A stretch of DNA of 64,000 nucleotides from Rhodospirillaceae bacterium. GTDB lineage: Bacteria > Pseudomonadota > Alphaproteobacteria > UBA7887. Made by a program: the position numbers and the translations under genes. The notes under the pieces are model-generated. The model was not told the origin of the DNA. It did not search any database and was given only the letters and a program-made list of their open reading frames with translations. The stretch lies in the NCBI GenBank assembly GCA_002728255.1, contig PBWV01000044.1, positions 17,927 to 81,926 of the forward strand, given 5' to 3'. Positions 1 through 9,642 of this stretch are shown here, in pieces. Numbering within the stretch: position 1 is the first letter of the stretch; the number at the start of each line of letters is the position of its first letter.

Positions 1-28
1 CGTTGGTATTAAGTGGTGTTTCAGACAT
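1..28 (-). CDS. 5' end of an unidentified gene running off the window (MSETPLNTN...)
   Basis: ATG at 28-26 preceded by purine-rich AAAGGAATATAGGT on the minus strand; only 9 codons visible. Confidence 0.35.
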
Positions 29-208
29 ACCTATATTCCTTTGCCATCAATCTTACCAGAAAAACTATTGCCGAGGTCTAGTGCGACCCCAGTCTCCACG
101 TTCTAGCACCCATAATAAAGCCGAACTCTTGCTATACAATAGCTTAACAGACAATAAATCCAACAAAGGCATCCAAAAGGACCAATGAGTTGGGGAGTGC
201 GGCAGCTT

Positions 209-1702
209 CTATGAAGGAAGTGCCAATCGACTATCTAATGTTTTTCCTTCCGGGTCGGCCAAAGCAGCTTCTACGGCTCCTTTAATTGCTCGACCCCCAA
301 TCCTGGGTTCGCCAGAACCATCGAGCGCCTTGGTTAATAATTCTTCCCTAATTCTCTTATAATTTTGTACACCCCGGTGATGGGTCTCACCATAGCCCTT
401 AATCAAGCGTGCCAACTCGACCACTGACCTAGCCAAATCCACATCTATTCTGATCGCTATCCGAACATCCTCAACCCATTCATCAATTCTTTCTTGTTCT
501 TCCTCCCATCGAGATCCAATGGGCCTAAGAAATTTTAACCGGGACAAGAGCCATAACACCAAAAAACCCCAAATAGTAGAAGTCCGGAGTGAAATACCGA
601 TATTTAGCCCCCTCGCGAACCCATGTTTTTTACAACTCCTCAAAATAGGCGTAGCAATGAACTTAGGCAAAAGGGAACAAAGCTCTTCAATCCCAGGTTT
701 TAGAAATTCAGTTATTTGTACAGGAATCCCGGATGGAACCTTCAACTCAGATCTGATGTTTCGCATCCGCCCAGAAGAACTTTTTATTTGGGCTACTCTT
801 ATAACATCTTCATATGACATCCAAAGGGCCAACTCCCGCGCGAATTCAGTGGTTACAATTTTGTCCTGGGAACAATCCACTTCCAATATGCTTTCCATAC
901 GGGTAAGATATTTTTTGCAGTATTTTCTACCCTGATATTCCATTAATCTCTGTACCCCTAATGTCACGATTCCCCGCAAATCTGAGTATTCTTGGGGAAT
1001 ACTTTCCAGCCATGGCTGTATTTCTAAGGCATTCTCCTCAGAAGATTTAGTGGTCAAAATTATTGGTTCCTCACGCCTCTTGCTCAAAGCTATTCCTGCT
1101 TCAAAACCAGATAAATTGGCACTAACCGCCTTACCACCCTGTTCGATAGCCATCACAAAATTTTTCTTTTGGATCGGTAGAACTCCGGAAGCAAATAAGG
1201 CACCCAAAAGTACTGCGTTTATAGGACAACCATTGCTCTCAGCCACAGCCAGAAAATCATGTAACACGCATAGTTTAGACATTTTTTTCAAGGCGTTGCG
1301 CAATTCGACCGGATCCAAACGTCCATCACCCATGGCTGCCCTCTCACCAATTGTGAACACCCTATGGGTTGACGCTATCAAAGTTGTGCGATCAGGACTA
1401 ACGTAACCATTACGTGCCGCTCTCGCTGCTTCTAATAACTCGGTGGCAATCATCAAATCGACGTCACCAGCCCCAGGATAAAGTGAAAAAACCGGCTTCC
1501 GTCCTTCTAGATCAGCCCCAGCTATGGGACATATTTCAATATAATAGGTAGTTGCCCCAGTCCGTTGTGCTACCCCAGGAATAGAAGTGCTTTGCACCAG
1601 CAAGCCGGCGCGCTCGGTAGCTTTTACAATCCAATCAGCAAAAACGCCACCACCCTCTCCTCCCATGGCGGCGATTAGTAATGTAATAGGGCGCTCCGAC
1701 AC
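209..1702 (-). CDS. iorB: Indolepyruvate ferredoxin oxidoreductase beta-subunit family protein (long form with C-terminal extension)
   Basis: AMGGEGGGV and TSIPGVAQRTGAT motifs; likely GTG start at 1702 just after the iorA stop (the ORF track start at 1870 overlaps iorA). Confidence 0.85.
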   Translation of the reverse strand: MSERPITLLIAAMGGEGGGVFADWIVKATERAGLLVQSTSIPGVAQRTGATTYYIEICPIAGADLEGRKPVFSLYPGAGDVDLMIATELLEAARAARNGYVSPDRTTLIASTHRVFTIGERAAMGDGRLDPVELRNALKKMSKLCVLHDFLAVAESNGCPINAVLLGALFASGVLPIQKKNFVMAIEQGGKAVSANLSGFEAGIALSKRREEPIILTTKSSEENALEIQPWLESIPQEYSDLRGIVTLGVQRLMEYQGRKYCKKYLTRMESILEVDCSQDKIVTTEFARELALWMSYEDVIRVAQIKSSSGRMRNIRSELKVPSGIPVQITEFLKPGIEELCSLLPKFIATPILRSCKKHGFARGLNIGISLRTSTIWGFLVLWLLSRLKFLRPIGSRWEEEQERIDEWVEDVRIAIRIDVDLARSVVELARLIKGYGETHHRGVQNYKRIREELLTKALDGSGEPRIGGRAIKGAVEAALADPEGKTLDSRLALPS

Positions 1703-1707
1703 TAGGG

Positions 1708-3840
1708 CTAAACTCGCACTAAGCCTTGGAGCACTCCAATCACGAATACCCTCCAGCGATTCAACCAAAGGTCGAATTTGGTTGGATTTCGAATGGTTTC
1801 GGCTTTGTAAAAGGAGGGACATAACACAGCTGCATGCGCTACCTCTCCGCATAATCCACAGCCCAGACAACCATTATTCACGTGAGCCACGGGATCCTTT
1901 CGAAGGGGGCTAGGATTAGGCTTAATCGTGAGAGACGGGCAACCCGACATCCTTATGCATGAATGGTCTCCTGTACAAAGCTCATCGTCAATTCCATATT
2001 TAGCAGTGACAACGCGCTTGCCAGCATCCAGTTGTCTCTCGATTTCAGGTTTGATCCGCCGTTGCCGCGCTAACTGGCACTCCCCGTCCGCAATGATAAC
2101 CTTTAAGCCTTTCTTCGTTTCAGTTACCGCCCGTCGCAAGGTGCGGACCATACTAGCAACGTCATAGGTCCGAACCTTTTTCACCCACTCTATTCCTAAG
2201 CCCTTAAGCGCGCGTTGTATAGACATGCCCCTACCACGACCGAACCTACTAGTTTCGCTTGAAGGCAAAAATTGCCATCCTGTCGCCGAAGCATACCCGT
2301 TTTGCATAATAACAAGAACTGAGTCGTCTTCGTTAAAGTTCGCACTGGCCACGCCGGAGGACAGTCCATTATGCCAAAAGCCACCATCTCCCATTATACT
2401 GACAACTTTTTTACCAAAACTAGGTGCAACACCCGCTGAGCTTGCCAATCCCAACCCATAACCAACGACGGTATTTCCTATATTGAAAGGAGGCAACACA
2501 GCAAAGGTATGACAACCAATATCTGCGGCGACATGGGTGGGCCCCAATTCTTTTTCCAAAATTTTCATTGCACTGAAAACTGGCCGTTCGGGACAACCTG
2601 TACAGAAACTTGGTGGCCTTGGTGGAAGCGCCTCGCCTAATAAAGCGGTTGCTTGGTCAGTTAACTTATCGATCCTATGCGTAATCAACTCTCGTCTGGC
2701 ATCATGATCTGGGTCCGACCATGCCTCTGCCAAAAATTGCTCTATCCCGCGTTGCATAACATCAGCAGTATATTCACCACTCTTAGGCAAGATCTCTTTC
2801 CCCACAACCTTGGTACTTTGATTTGCTTGCCGGAGGGCAACATTGATAGCCTGCTCAATATACTCTGGAAAACCTTCCTCAACTACCAAGACACTTTTTT
2901 TATCCATACAAAAACTAGTTATTTCTCTGGGCACTGTAGGATAAGCCACATTCATGACATAAATAGGGACCTTTGTATTGCCATATATATCTGACAAACC
3001 GAGACGTTCTAATGAGCGCACCACACCATTATAATGACCTCCTAGGGTAATGATCCCAATATCACAGGAGTCCGGGCCAAAAGTTTCATTAAATTTGTTC
3101 TCAACTATGAATTTTTCTGCAGCAGGAAGCCGAGACTCAACCTTCTTCTTCTCTTGCAGGTAAGTGGAGGGTGGTAGACAAAATTTCTCAAAATCAAAGT
3201 TTGGTTCCTGCAATACCTGTTTTCGAGATACCAAGGGCTCCCGATTGTTCCTTGCCACAAAATTTCCTGTAACGTGGCACGCCCGTATTCTGAGCTGCAA
3301 CATAACGGGCATATTGCTAGCTTCAGATAAATCAAACCCTCTTTCCACAGACCGCACTATACTGTCCAGATCGGGGCGAGGATCCAGCAAACACATGGAC
3401 GACTTCATCGCATAGGCATGGCTCCGTTCCTGAATAATACTAGCGCCTTCGCCATAATCCTCGCCTATAACAATTAATGCCCCTCCCACAACCCCAGCTG
3501 AAGCAATGTTGGACAGCGCATCAGAGGCAACATTGGTACCCACAACAGATTTCCAGGTTACCGCACCTCGCATAGGATAATTAATTGAAGCCGCTAACAT
3601 TGCAGCGGCAGCAGCTTCCCCAGTTGGGGTTTCCAAATGCACTCCGAGCTCATCCAACAAATCACTAGCATCAACCATTACGTCCAGAAGCTGGGATATC
3701 GGTGAACCTTGATACCCACCAATATAACTGACTCCCGATTGAAGGAGAGCCTTGGTAACTGCTAGGATGCCTTCACCAGAGAAAGTCTCTCCAGCACCTA
3801 AGCGAAGCTGCTCTACTTCTTTTTTGAATGATCGTTCCAT
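1708..3840 (-). CDS. iorA: Indolepyruvate ferredoxin oxidoreductase alpha subunit
   Basis: GYQGSP, FCTGCPER, DIGCH, TPP-binding MGDGGFWHNG, C-terminal ferredoxin CxxCxxC. Confidence 0.9.
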   Translation of the reverse strand: MERSFKKEVEQLRLGAGETFSGEGILAVTKALLQSGVSYIGGYQGSPISQLLDVMVDASDLLDELGVHLETPTGEAAAAAMLAASINYPMRGAVTWKSVVGTNVASDALSNIASAGVVGGALIVIGEDYGEGASIIQERSHAYAMKSSMCLLDPRPDLDSIVRSVERGFDLSEASNMPVMLQLRIRACHVTGNFVARNNREPLVSRKQVLQEPNFDFEKFCLPPSTYLQEKKKVESRLPAAEKFIVENKFNETFGPDSCDIGIITLGGHYNGVVRSLERLGLSDIYGNTKVPIYVMNVAYPTVPREITSFCMDKKSVLVVEEGFPEYIEQAINVALRQANQSTKVVGKEILPKSGEYTADVMQRGIEQFLAEAWSDPDHDARRELITHRIDKLTDQATALLGEALPPRPPSFCTGCPERPVFSAMKILEKELGPTHVAADIGCHTFAVLPPFNIGNTVVGYGLGLASSAGVAPSFGKKVVSIMGDGGFWHNGLSSGVASANFNEDDSVLVIMQNGYASATGWQFLPSSETSRFGRGRGMSIQRALKGLGIEWVKKVRTYDVASMVRTLRRAVTETKKGLKVIIADGECQLARQRRIKPEIERQLDAGKRVVTAKYGIDDELCTGDHSCIRMSGCPSLTIKPNPSPLRKDPVAHVNNGCLGCGLCGEVAHAAVLCPSFYKAETIRNPTKFDLWLNRWRVFVIGVLQGLVRV

Positions 3841-3861
3841 ATGTCACCTAGCGAAATGGAG

Positions 3862-4311
3862 TTAATCCGGCTTTTGTATAAATTCAATAGTTATGCCGTC
3901 AGGATCCCGGGTATATACAGCTTTACCCCCTTTATTAGGGCCAGCATTCACTACTACGGGTTCACTTAGCGGCTCCGCAACCTGACGCACAGACGCCACC
4001 ACGGAGTCTATATCATCCACATCAAAGGCTACATGGGCAAAACCAGAGTCACAAGGCCTCGCATCCAACTTTCGCCTATCTTCCGGAGAATGGTACTGTA
4101 TCAGTTCCAGTTTGTGATTAGGAGCTTGTATATAGGCCACTTCAATTTCAGCCCCTGGAATACCCACCACCTTTTCTGTAAAACCAGGGTCTCTGAAAGA
4201 CCTGTTGAGAAGCGGAAATCCTAGGGTTTGGGTATAAAATGCTATCGAAGTATCCAGATTAGAAACCGTGAAACTTGTATGATTTGTGCCAATAATATTA
4301 AACTTCGCCAT
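3862..4311 (-). CDS. VOC/glyoxalase family protein (methylmalonyl-CoA epimerase-like fold)
   Basis: NHTSFTVSNLD...LELIQY...HVAFDV...RDPDGITIEF metal-ligand pattern; start taken at MAKF. Confidence 0.85.
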   Translation of the reverse strand: MAKFNIIGTNHTSFTVSNLDTSIAFYTQTLGFPLLNRSFRDPGFTEKVVGIPGAEIEVAYIQAPNHKLELIQYHSPEDRRKLDARPCDSGFAHVAFDVDDIDSVVASVRQVAEPLSEPVVVNAGPNKGGKAVYTRDPDGITIEFIQKPD

Positions 4312-4447
4312 TCTTTCCCCGTATCCTTCAACAACAGAGCTAGCCCGCACGATTTATGGTATACGACCAAACTGCTAAACACCAGTTTCTTGATCCCACC
4401 ATCATTTTTCTGGCACAATACACTAAATTTAACCAGCAAGGTGCCTC

Positions 4448-5329
4448 ATGACTATAGAGATAAAGCGCTTACATCCTCATTTTTTTGCCGAAGTTTCGGG
4501 GGTCGATTTAACAAAAAAATTAAGCGCTCAAATACTTGCAAGGATCCAAGAGGCCTTTGCTCAGCATGCTGTCCTCCTTTTCCGAAATCAGGCGTTCGAC
4601 GATTTATCACAAATTTCTTTTACGTCGCAGATAGGACCATTGGAACGAAATATAGGTGGGAAATTTGGAAATGGACATCCCGAAATATCCAAACTTTCTA
4701 ATGTTGGTTCGGATGGGAAGACGTTTGAGAAAGGAAGTGATGGGGCAGAATTTCTGAATGGAAACAGCACCTGGCATACCGATAGCTCATTTAAGGTTGT
4801 TCCAGCGCTGGGTTCAGCTTTATCCGCGAGGGCGGTACCTCCAAAGGGCGGCGAAACACAATATTGCGACATGAGAGCGGCCTACGACGTACTAGACGAA
4901 GAAACGAAAACTCTTATAGAAAAATCAACTGCGGTACACAGCTACCTGTATTCAAGCGGGAAGATAAGTGCTAACATTCTAACCGACCAAGAAAAAGAAG
5001 AACTTCCCCCCGTACAACACCCCATGGTACGGGTACATCCACAAACAACACGGAGAGCTATTTATGCCGGAAGGCACGCATCACACATCCTTGGTATGCC
5101 GGAGGAAGAAGGGCGATCTCTAATCGCTAAACTTAATGACTTCGCCACGCAGCCTGAATTTGTTCATACTCATAAATGGCAGGTGAATGACTTGGTAATG
5201 TGGGATAATCGTATGGTCATGCATAGGGGGCGCCCGTATGAAGCAAGGTATAAACGTGTAATGCACAGGACAACGATTGCTGGCGACTCCCCTGGTAACC
5301 CCTGGGTTGTGCAGGATAAAGTCGCCTAA
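4448..5329 (+). CDS. TauD/TfdA family Fe(II)/2-oxoglutarate dioxygenase
   Basis: WHTDSSF (HxD), GGETQYCD, WDNRMVMHR, MHRTT motifs. Confidence 0.92.
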   Translation: MTIEIKRLHPHFFAEVSGVDLTKKLSAQILARIQEAFAQHAVLLFRNQAFDDLSQISFTSQIGPLERNIGGKFGNGHPEISKLSNVGSDGKTFEKGSDGAEFLNGNSTWHTDSSFKVVPALGSALSARAVPPKGGETQYCDMRAAYDVLDEETKTLIEKSTAVHSYLYSSGKISANILTDQEKEELPPVQHPMVRVHPQTTRRAIYAGRHASHILGMPEEEGRSLIAKLNDFATQPEFVHTHKWQVNDLVMWDNRMVMHRGRPYEARYKRVMHRTTIAGDSPGNPWVVQDKVA

Positions 5330-5441
5330 ATACGAAAGCCAGAGTGGAGAAGGAACATTCCAACACTCTACTTACACTGGAGGCATACATAAAGGCTGGA
5401 CTATTTAATAAGATATTTTAATAACTGAACATGGTGCCATA

Positions 5442-6497
5442 ATGAACAACCCACAAGGCCATACTTCCCTAGCGCCTGCAGAGACCCGGCAAGCCTATAG
5501 AACTATCTCTCGGCGTCGAGCCATAACCCTATTTGGATGTGCAGCAGGCCTACCGACCCTGGGGTTAGGCACGGCTTTTGCTGGCTCTAAAGACATATCT
5601 CTGTACAAGTGGGAAGGTTCTGCGTTGGGCGCACAGGCACAACTGACCCTAGCTCATCACAACCCCGAAGAAGCCAAGAACATAATATCTTCCGTAATCC
5701 AGGAAATCGAACGCCTCGAACAAATTTTCAGCCTACATCGACCCGAGAGCGAACTAACACTCTTGAACAGCCAGGGGTATATTTCAAATCCATCTGCTGA
5801 TCTCACAAAACTCTGTAAAACTTCCATTGGATTTGGATACGACACAGATGGCGCTTTTGATATTACGGTTCAACCTCTTTGGAAGGTCTTTACAAAGCAC
5901 TTCCAAGAAAATTCTGCAGCTTCTGAAGGTCCCCCGAGCCAGGAAATACTTAAGGCTCTAAATTACGTTGACTATCGTGCCGTAGATGTTTCAAGCCAAA
6001 AGATAAATTTTGGTCGCCCGGGGATGGAAGTAACGTTAAATGGTATAGCACAAGGATACATTACCGACACCGTTACCGAATTACTGCAGCAGAGCGGGAT
6101 CACTCAAGTATTGGTCGAACTAGGAGAGACAAGGACATTGGGAGAACACCCGGAAGGACGCCCCTGGAGAATTGGCCTAGCTGACCCCAAAGACCGCACT
6201 AAGACTACTGAAACCGTCGAATTGGAAAATAAAGCCGTCGCGACATCATCTGGCTTCGGAACAAAATTTAACCGTGATGGAAGCTTTCATCATCTATTTG
6301 ATCCCCGCACAGGCCTGCCTAGGAATCACAATATCTCTGTTTCAGTGGTTTCTGATAGCGCAGCGGTAGCTGACGCCATGTCGACGGCGCTCTTTATAGC
6401 CACACCTGATAATGCTCGCCCAATAGTTGAACGGGTGGGAGGCATGACGGCTGTAATTAGCGCAACGGATGGCACTAAACGAAGAATAGTCAGTTAA
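5442..6497 (+). CDS. apbE: FAD:protein FMN transferase (ApbE/NosX family) with twin-arginine signal
   Basis: SRRRAI Tat-like signal, GAFDITVQPL, LNGIAQGY, HHLFDPRTG, ADAMSTA. Confidence 0.9.
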   Translation: MNNPQGHTSLAPAETRQAYRTISRRRAITLFGCAAGLPTLGLGTAFAGSKDISLYKWEGSALGAQAQLTLAHHNPEEAKNIISSVIQEIERLEQIFSLHRPESELTLLNSQGYISNPSADLTKLCKTSIGFGYDTDGAFDITVQPLWKVFTKHFQENSAASEGPPSQEILKALNYVDYRAVDVSSQKINFGRPGMEVTLNGIAQGYITDTVTELLQQSGITQVLVELGETRTLGEHPEGRPWRIGLADPKDRTKTTETVELENKAVATSSGFGTKFNRDGSFHHLFDPRTGLPRNHNISVSVVSDSAAVADAMSTALFIATPDNARPIVERVGGMTAVISATDGTKRRIVS

Positions 6498-6616
6498 ACT
6501 AAGAAAACCTATTAGCTACTGGTAGGTAGTTTAGCGAGGGAAGAGACCACTGTGGGTTCCACGAAAATCTTGCCCATGGCACTCTCTAACATCTCGCCTT
6601 GCTCTAAATAAACTAG

Positions 6617-8119
6617 CTAGGACCTTCGCACCAGACCATAGCGCCTGTTTGTAGGGCCTTCCCCAAATTCCCGATGATTACGTACTAGTTCAGACATTTT
6701 ATCTACTTCGAAATCTTTCTGGATCATTGTTACATCGACATCGTAGATACGTGCCGCGTTAATACCGAAGATAGCCTGCTTCGTATTACTATTTGGCCCC
6801 CCCAATTCTGGAAGACTATATTTCTCTCGCATGTCCTCGGGTATCTCAAGACGCCTCATGGCCTCAATTTGCCACTGGGGTGACCCGTACCAAACCGAAT
6901 CCGTCCCCCACAACACATGGTCCGGCCCCAATCCGGCTACTAAAGTGCCGATAAATGCAGCAGAAAATTTAGGGTGCGCAATGGCTGAGTTAGCAAAGGA
7001 AGTACCAAGCTCGCCGTAAACATTGCCTGTTCCGGCGGCCTCTGCCGCTTCGCACAGATCCGTGACCCATTTTATACGACCAGTCCGTTCAAACTCTGAC
7101 CACGCTTGATCTGGTAGTTCAAGAAACGGACGCAACGCCGAATGATAGAAAATAAAGTTCATATCTGGCCAATCCCGCGCCGCCTTCTCCACATCCCAAG
7201 CTGTTGCGTACCGCCATAGACCGCGGAATGATTGTTCATAGTCTGGTGGCATTAAGCCTTTATGAACACATATCGTGTTTATTCCAGCCGCTAGAGATTT
7301 CTCGTAAAACGGGTACATAAGTTTCTCGTCATCCAAACGCCAGGGCCATTTCGAGGGACCAGAAGGATCCCCTATGGTATAGGTTTTCCACGACACTAAA
7401 TCTGGGTTGCCATGGCTTATAGCTTCATCCACGGTATCCAGCCAGCCTGGCTGGCCTGGGGTAATAACCGCATGTCCACGTAGCCGGACACTACCAGACA
7501 AGTTATTCACCATGCTGCACGCATCCATTATCTGTTCATTAGAGAGTAAATACCACTCCGGATCATCAAAAGGCGCCCCAGACAGCAATGCCATCTTAGT
7601 GTCACTGTTAAACCATAGTTCACGAACATAATTATCGAATTTGTAATCTTTGAGCTTAACGGGATCCTGTTTTGGGTTTAGACTCCAATGTTGCGAAGAA
7701 TAATTCCCTAAGCGAGTGATCTCTTCATGTGGAAAATCATCTCTCACAAAGTGGGTTTGTGCGTCAAAAATAAATTGACTCGCCAACTTGTCAGCGCGAT
7801 CTTTCGTTAATCTTGGATCTCTCGCCTCAGTAGCATCGACCTGAAATATCTCCGCCCCGTAAACCTCGTTCATGGCAAGGAAAGCAGCCGCTAAACCGCA
7901 ATTGGTCAATAAATATTGCCTTCGAGTTAAGCCTAAGCTTTTACTATTTAGGTCCGCCAACTCGGCGACCCGTCCCTCAACCATCTTTTGTTTGGGACTC
8001 TGCGCAGGAGGCAAATACTCCCCATTAGATACAATCTGGGTAGGCAGGGGATACGGAGAGTCTGATACTTCCGCACCTTCTACTAATCGTTCCTCGCGCT
8101 CGCTAAGCCACCTTGGCAT
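6617..8119 (-). CDS. Amidohydrolase_2 family metal-dependent hydrolase
   Basis: FDAQTHF, ICVHKG, FYHS, LWGTDSVW metal-site motifs; N-terminal PTQIVSNGEY and internal TRRQYL. Confidence 0.8.
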   Translation of the reverse strand: MPRWLSEREERLVEGAEVSDSPYPLPTQIVSNGEYLPPAQSPKQKMVEGRVAELADLNSKSLGLTRRQYLLTNCGLAAAFLAMNEVYGAEIFQVDATEARDPRLTKDRADKLASQFIFDAQTHFVRDDFPHEEITRLGNYSSQHWSLNPKQDPVKLKDYKFDNYVRELWFNSDTKMALLSGAPFDDPEWYLLSNEQIMDACSMVNNLSGSVRLRGHAVITPGQPGWLDTVDEAISHGNPDLVSWKTYTIGDPSGPSKWPWRLDDEKLMYPFYEKSLAAGINTICVHKGLMPPDYEQSFRGLWRYATAWDVEKAARDWPDMNFIFYHSALRPFLELPDQAWSEFERTGRIKWVTDLCEAAEAAGTGNVYGELGTSFANSAIAHPKFSAAFIGTLVAGLGPDHVLWGTDSVWYGSPQWQIEAMRRLEIPEDMREKYSLPELGGPNSNTKQAIFGINAARIYDVDVTMIQKDFEVDKMSELVRNHREFGEGPTNRRYGLVRRS

Positions 8120-8441
8120 GTTAACAACCCCTAGTGCATTATCAGAAAAAGTACTGTCCTAAATCATTGCTAGAAGGTTGAGAACCCAATAAATTTTTAC
8201 ACCTTGCATTATCACCAATTCTCAGTCACCTGTTATCGACTTTACGATTCTAGCGTTTCTCTATTCGCAAAATAAAAATCACTAAAATAGTCTTCTCAAA
8301 TTCATATAGTTACCTTGACTGCCTTTTGATAAGCTAGGATGTTGGCGTGAAAGTTTGGCATGGGGGCAATTATTAAGTATGAGTCCGCCTTGATAGCCTA
8401 GATAGCCCGTTCTGTAATCAAGAAAAATGGATTAGTAAATA

Positions 8442-9359
8442 ATGGGAATTAAAAAACTGCTTTCGATATTTTTATTTTTTATGGCTTTTGCTAGCCACGT
8501 TCATCCTGCAGAAAATTATTCTCTTGTAGATGTTCAATGGCTGAAGCCATTAGTCTGTGAGCCCAACGTGACAATTCTCGATGTACGAAGGTCAGCAGAA
8601 GACTATAAAGCCGGCCACATCCCCTGTGCAGTTCACACCAATTATTACAAGGATGGATGGAGAACACGAAAAGACGGGGTGCCACACATGATGCCCACAG
8701 TACCGCATCTCGAGGCTCTCATGGGAAAATTGGGGATCACCAATGACAGTCACGTGGTCATTTATGGATCAGGAACGGGTGAATTTGATATCGCCGAGAC
8801 TACTAGTATTTACCTAACTCTAAAATATCTAGGCCATGATAACGTTTCAATCCTCGATGGCGGTTTACCAGTTTGGATGGATGAATGGTCAACTGACTTT
8901 GATGTAGGGGTAACTGAAATCAGCCCCTCCGAATATACAGCCAAACCAAATTCCCATCTGCTGATATCCTCGGAGCAAGTCCAGAATTCCATAGATGGGA
9001 AAACTCCCCTTGTTGATATCCGTAGCAACGATATGTTTCTCGGAATTAATAAGGCATGGATGTTAAAAAGGCCAGGAACCATACCAGGTGCCTTAAACCT
9101 TCCCATGAGCTGGTTCACCATTAATTCCAGCCTATTGTTCCGCGACACCAAAAAATTAAAAAAATTGTTTTCTGCAGCCAATGTGCCGTTAACTGGCAAA
9201 ACTATCTTCTTCTGCAATGCTGGCCTCGAAAGTTCCGTAGGTTGGTTTGTAGCACATGAGCTTCTCAATAACACAGAGGCAGTGTTGTATGATGGTTCAC
9301 TCGCTGAATGGACTAAAAACCATGAACTTCCCATGACTAGGCATATTCAGCTTGACTGA
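8442..9359 (+). CDS. Exported tandem-domain rhodanese/sulfurtransferase
   Basis: Sec signal peptide, GHIPCA, LDGG, GTIPGA, active-site loop CNAGLE, YDGSLAEW. Confidence 0.88.
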   Translation: MGIKKLLSIFLFFMAFASHVHPAENYSLVDVQWLKPLVCEPNVTILDVRRSAEDYKAGHIPCAVHTNYYKDGWRTRKDGVPHMMPTVPHLEALMGKLGITNDSHVVIYGSGTGEFDIAETTSIYLTLKYLGHDNVSILDGGLPVWMDEWSTDFDVGVTEISPSEYTAKPNSHLLISSEQVQNSIDGKTPLVDIRSNDMFLGINKAWMLKRPGTIPGALNLPMSWFTINSSLLFRDTKKLKKLFSAANVPLTGKTIFFCNAGLESSVGWFVAHELLNNTEAVLYDGSLAEWTKNHELPMTRHIQLD

Positions 9360-9512
9360 ACCTGTCGTTCCGCCATCAATTTACAGCTGGCACGTAAATT
9401 TTTTGATCAACGATTGTTAACCATTTGAAGAGAGGTGTTTTGTTTGGACCTAAACAAAGGAATCTCATACTCCTTCCAAGGCACCTGCAACCAAAAATAT
9501 TTCCTTCCACTC

Positions 9513-9540
9513 CTTGATTGCAAAAGAAAAGTCCCCATAT
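9513..9540 (+). promoter_or_regulatory. Sigma32 (RpoH) heat-shock promoter of ibpA
   Basis: -35 CTTGAT (9513-9518), 14-bp spacer, -10 CCCCATAT (9533-9540); matches the CTTGAA-N13-17-CCCCATNT consensus. Confidence 0.8.
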
Positions 9541-9557
9541 CATCTAATGTAGGTAAT

Positions 9558-9642
9558 GCCGCGACAGGGTTCCTACAAGAAACCGGCCGCGCTTTGCGGG
9601 CCATACCTTAAATCGTGTTGCTCAATGGAGGATATGATAATG
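9558..9642 (+). ncRNA. ROSE-type RNA thermometer in the ibpA 5' UTR
   Basis: Hairpin 9612-9638 AUCGUGUU-G-CUC(AAUG)GAGGAUAUGAU places the UUGCU motif opposite the SD with a bulged G, directly before the ATG; 5' boundary approximate. Confidence 0.75.

Noticed and set aside
519-3415. Several plus-strand ORFs of 80-140 aa, and similar shadow ORFs throughout the window
   Set aside because: Antisense to well-supported genes and without family motifs
4410-4430. TGGCAC as a sigma54 -24 box before the tauD-like gene
   Set aside because: No TTGC at the -12 position
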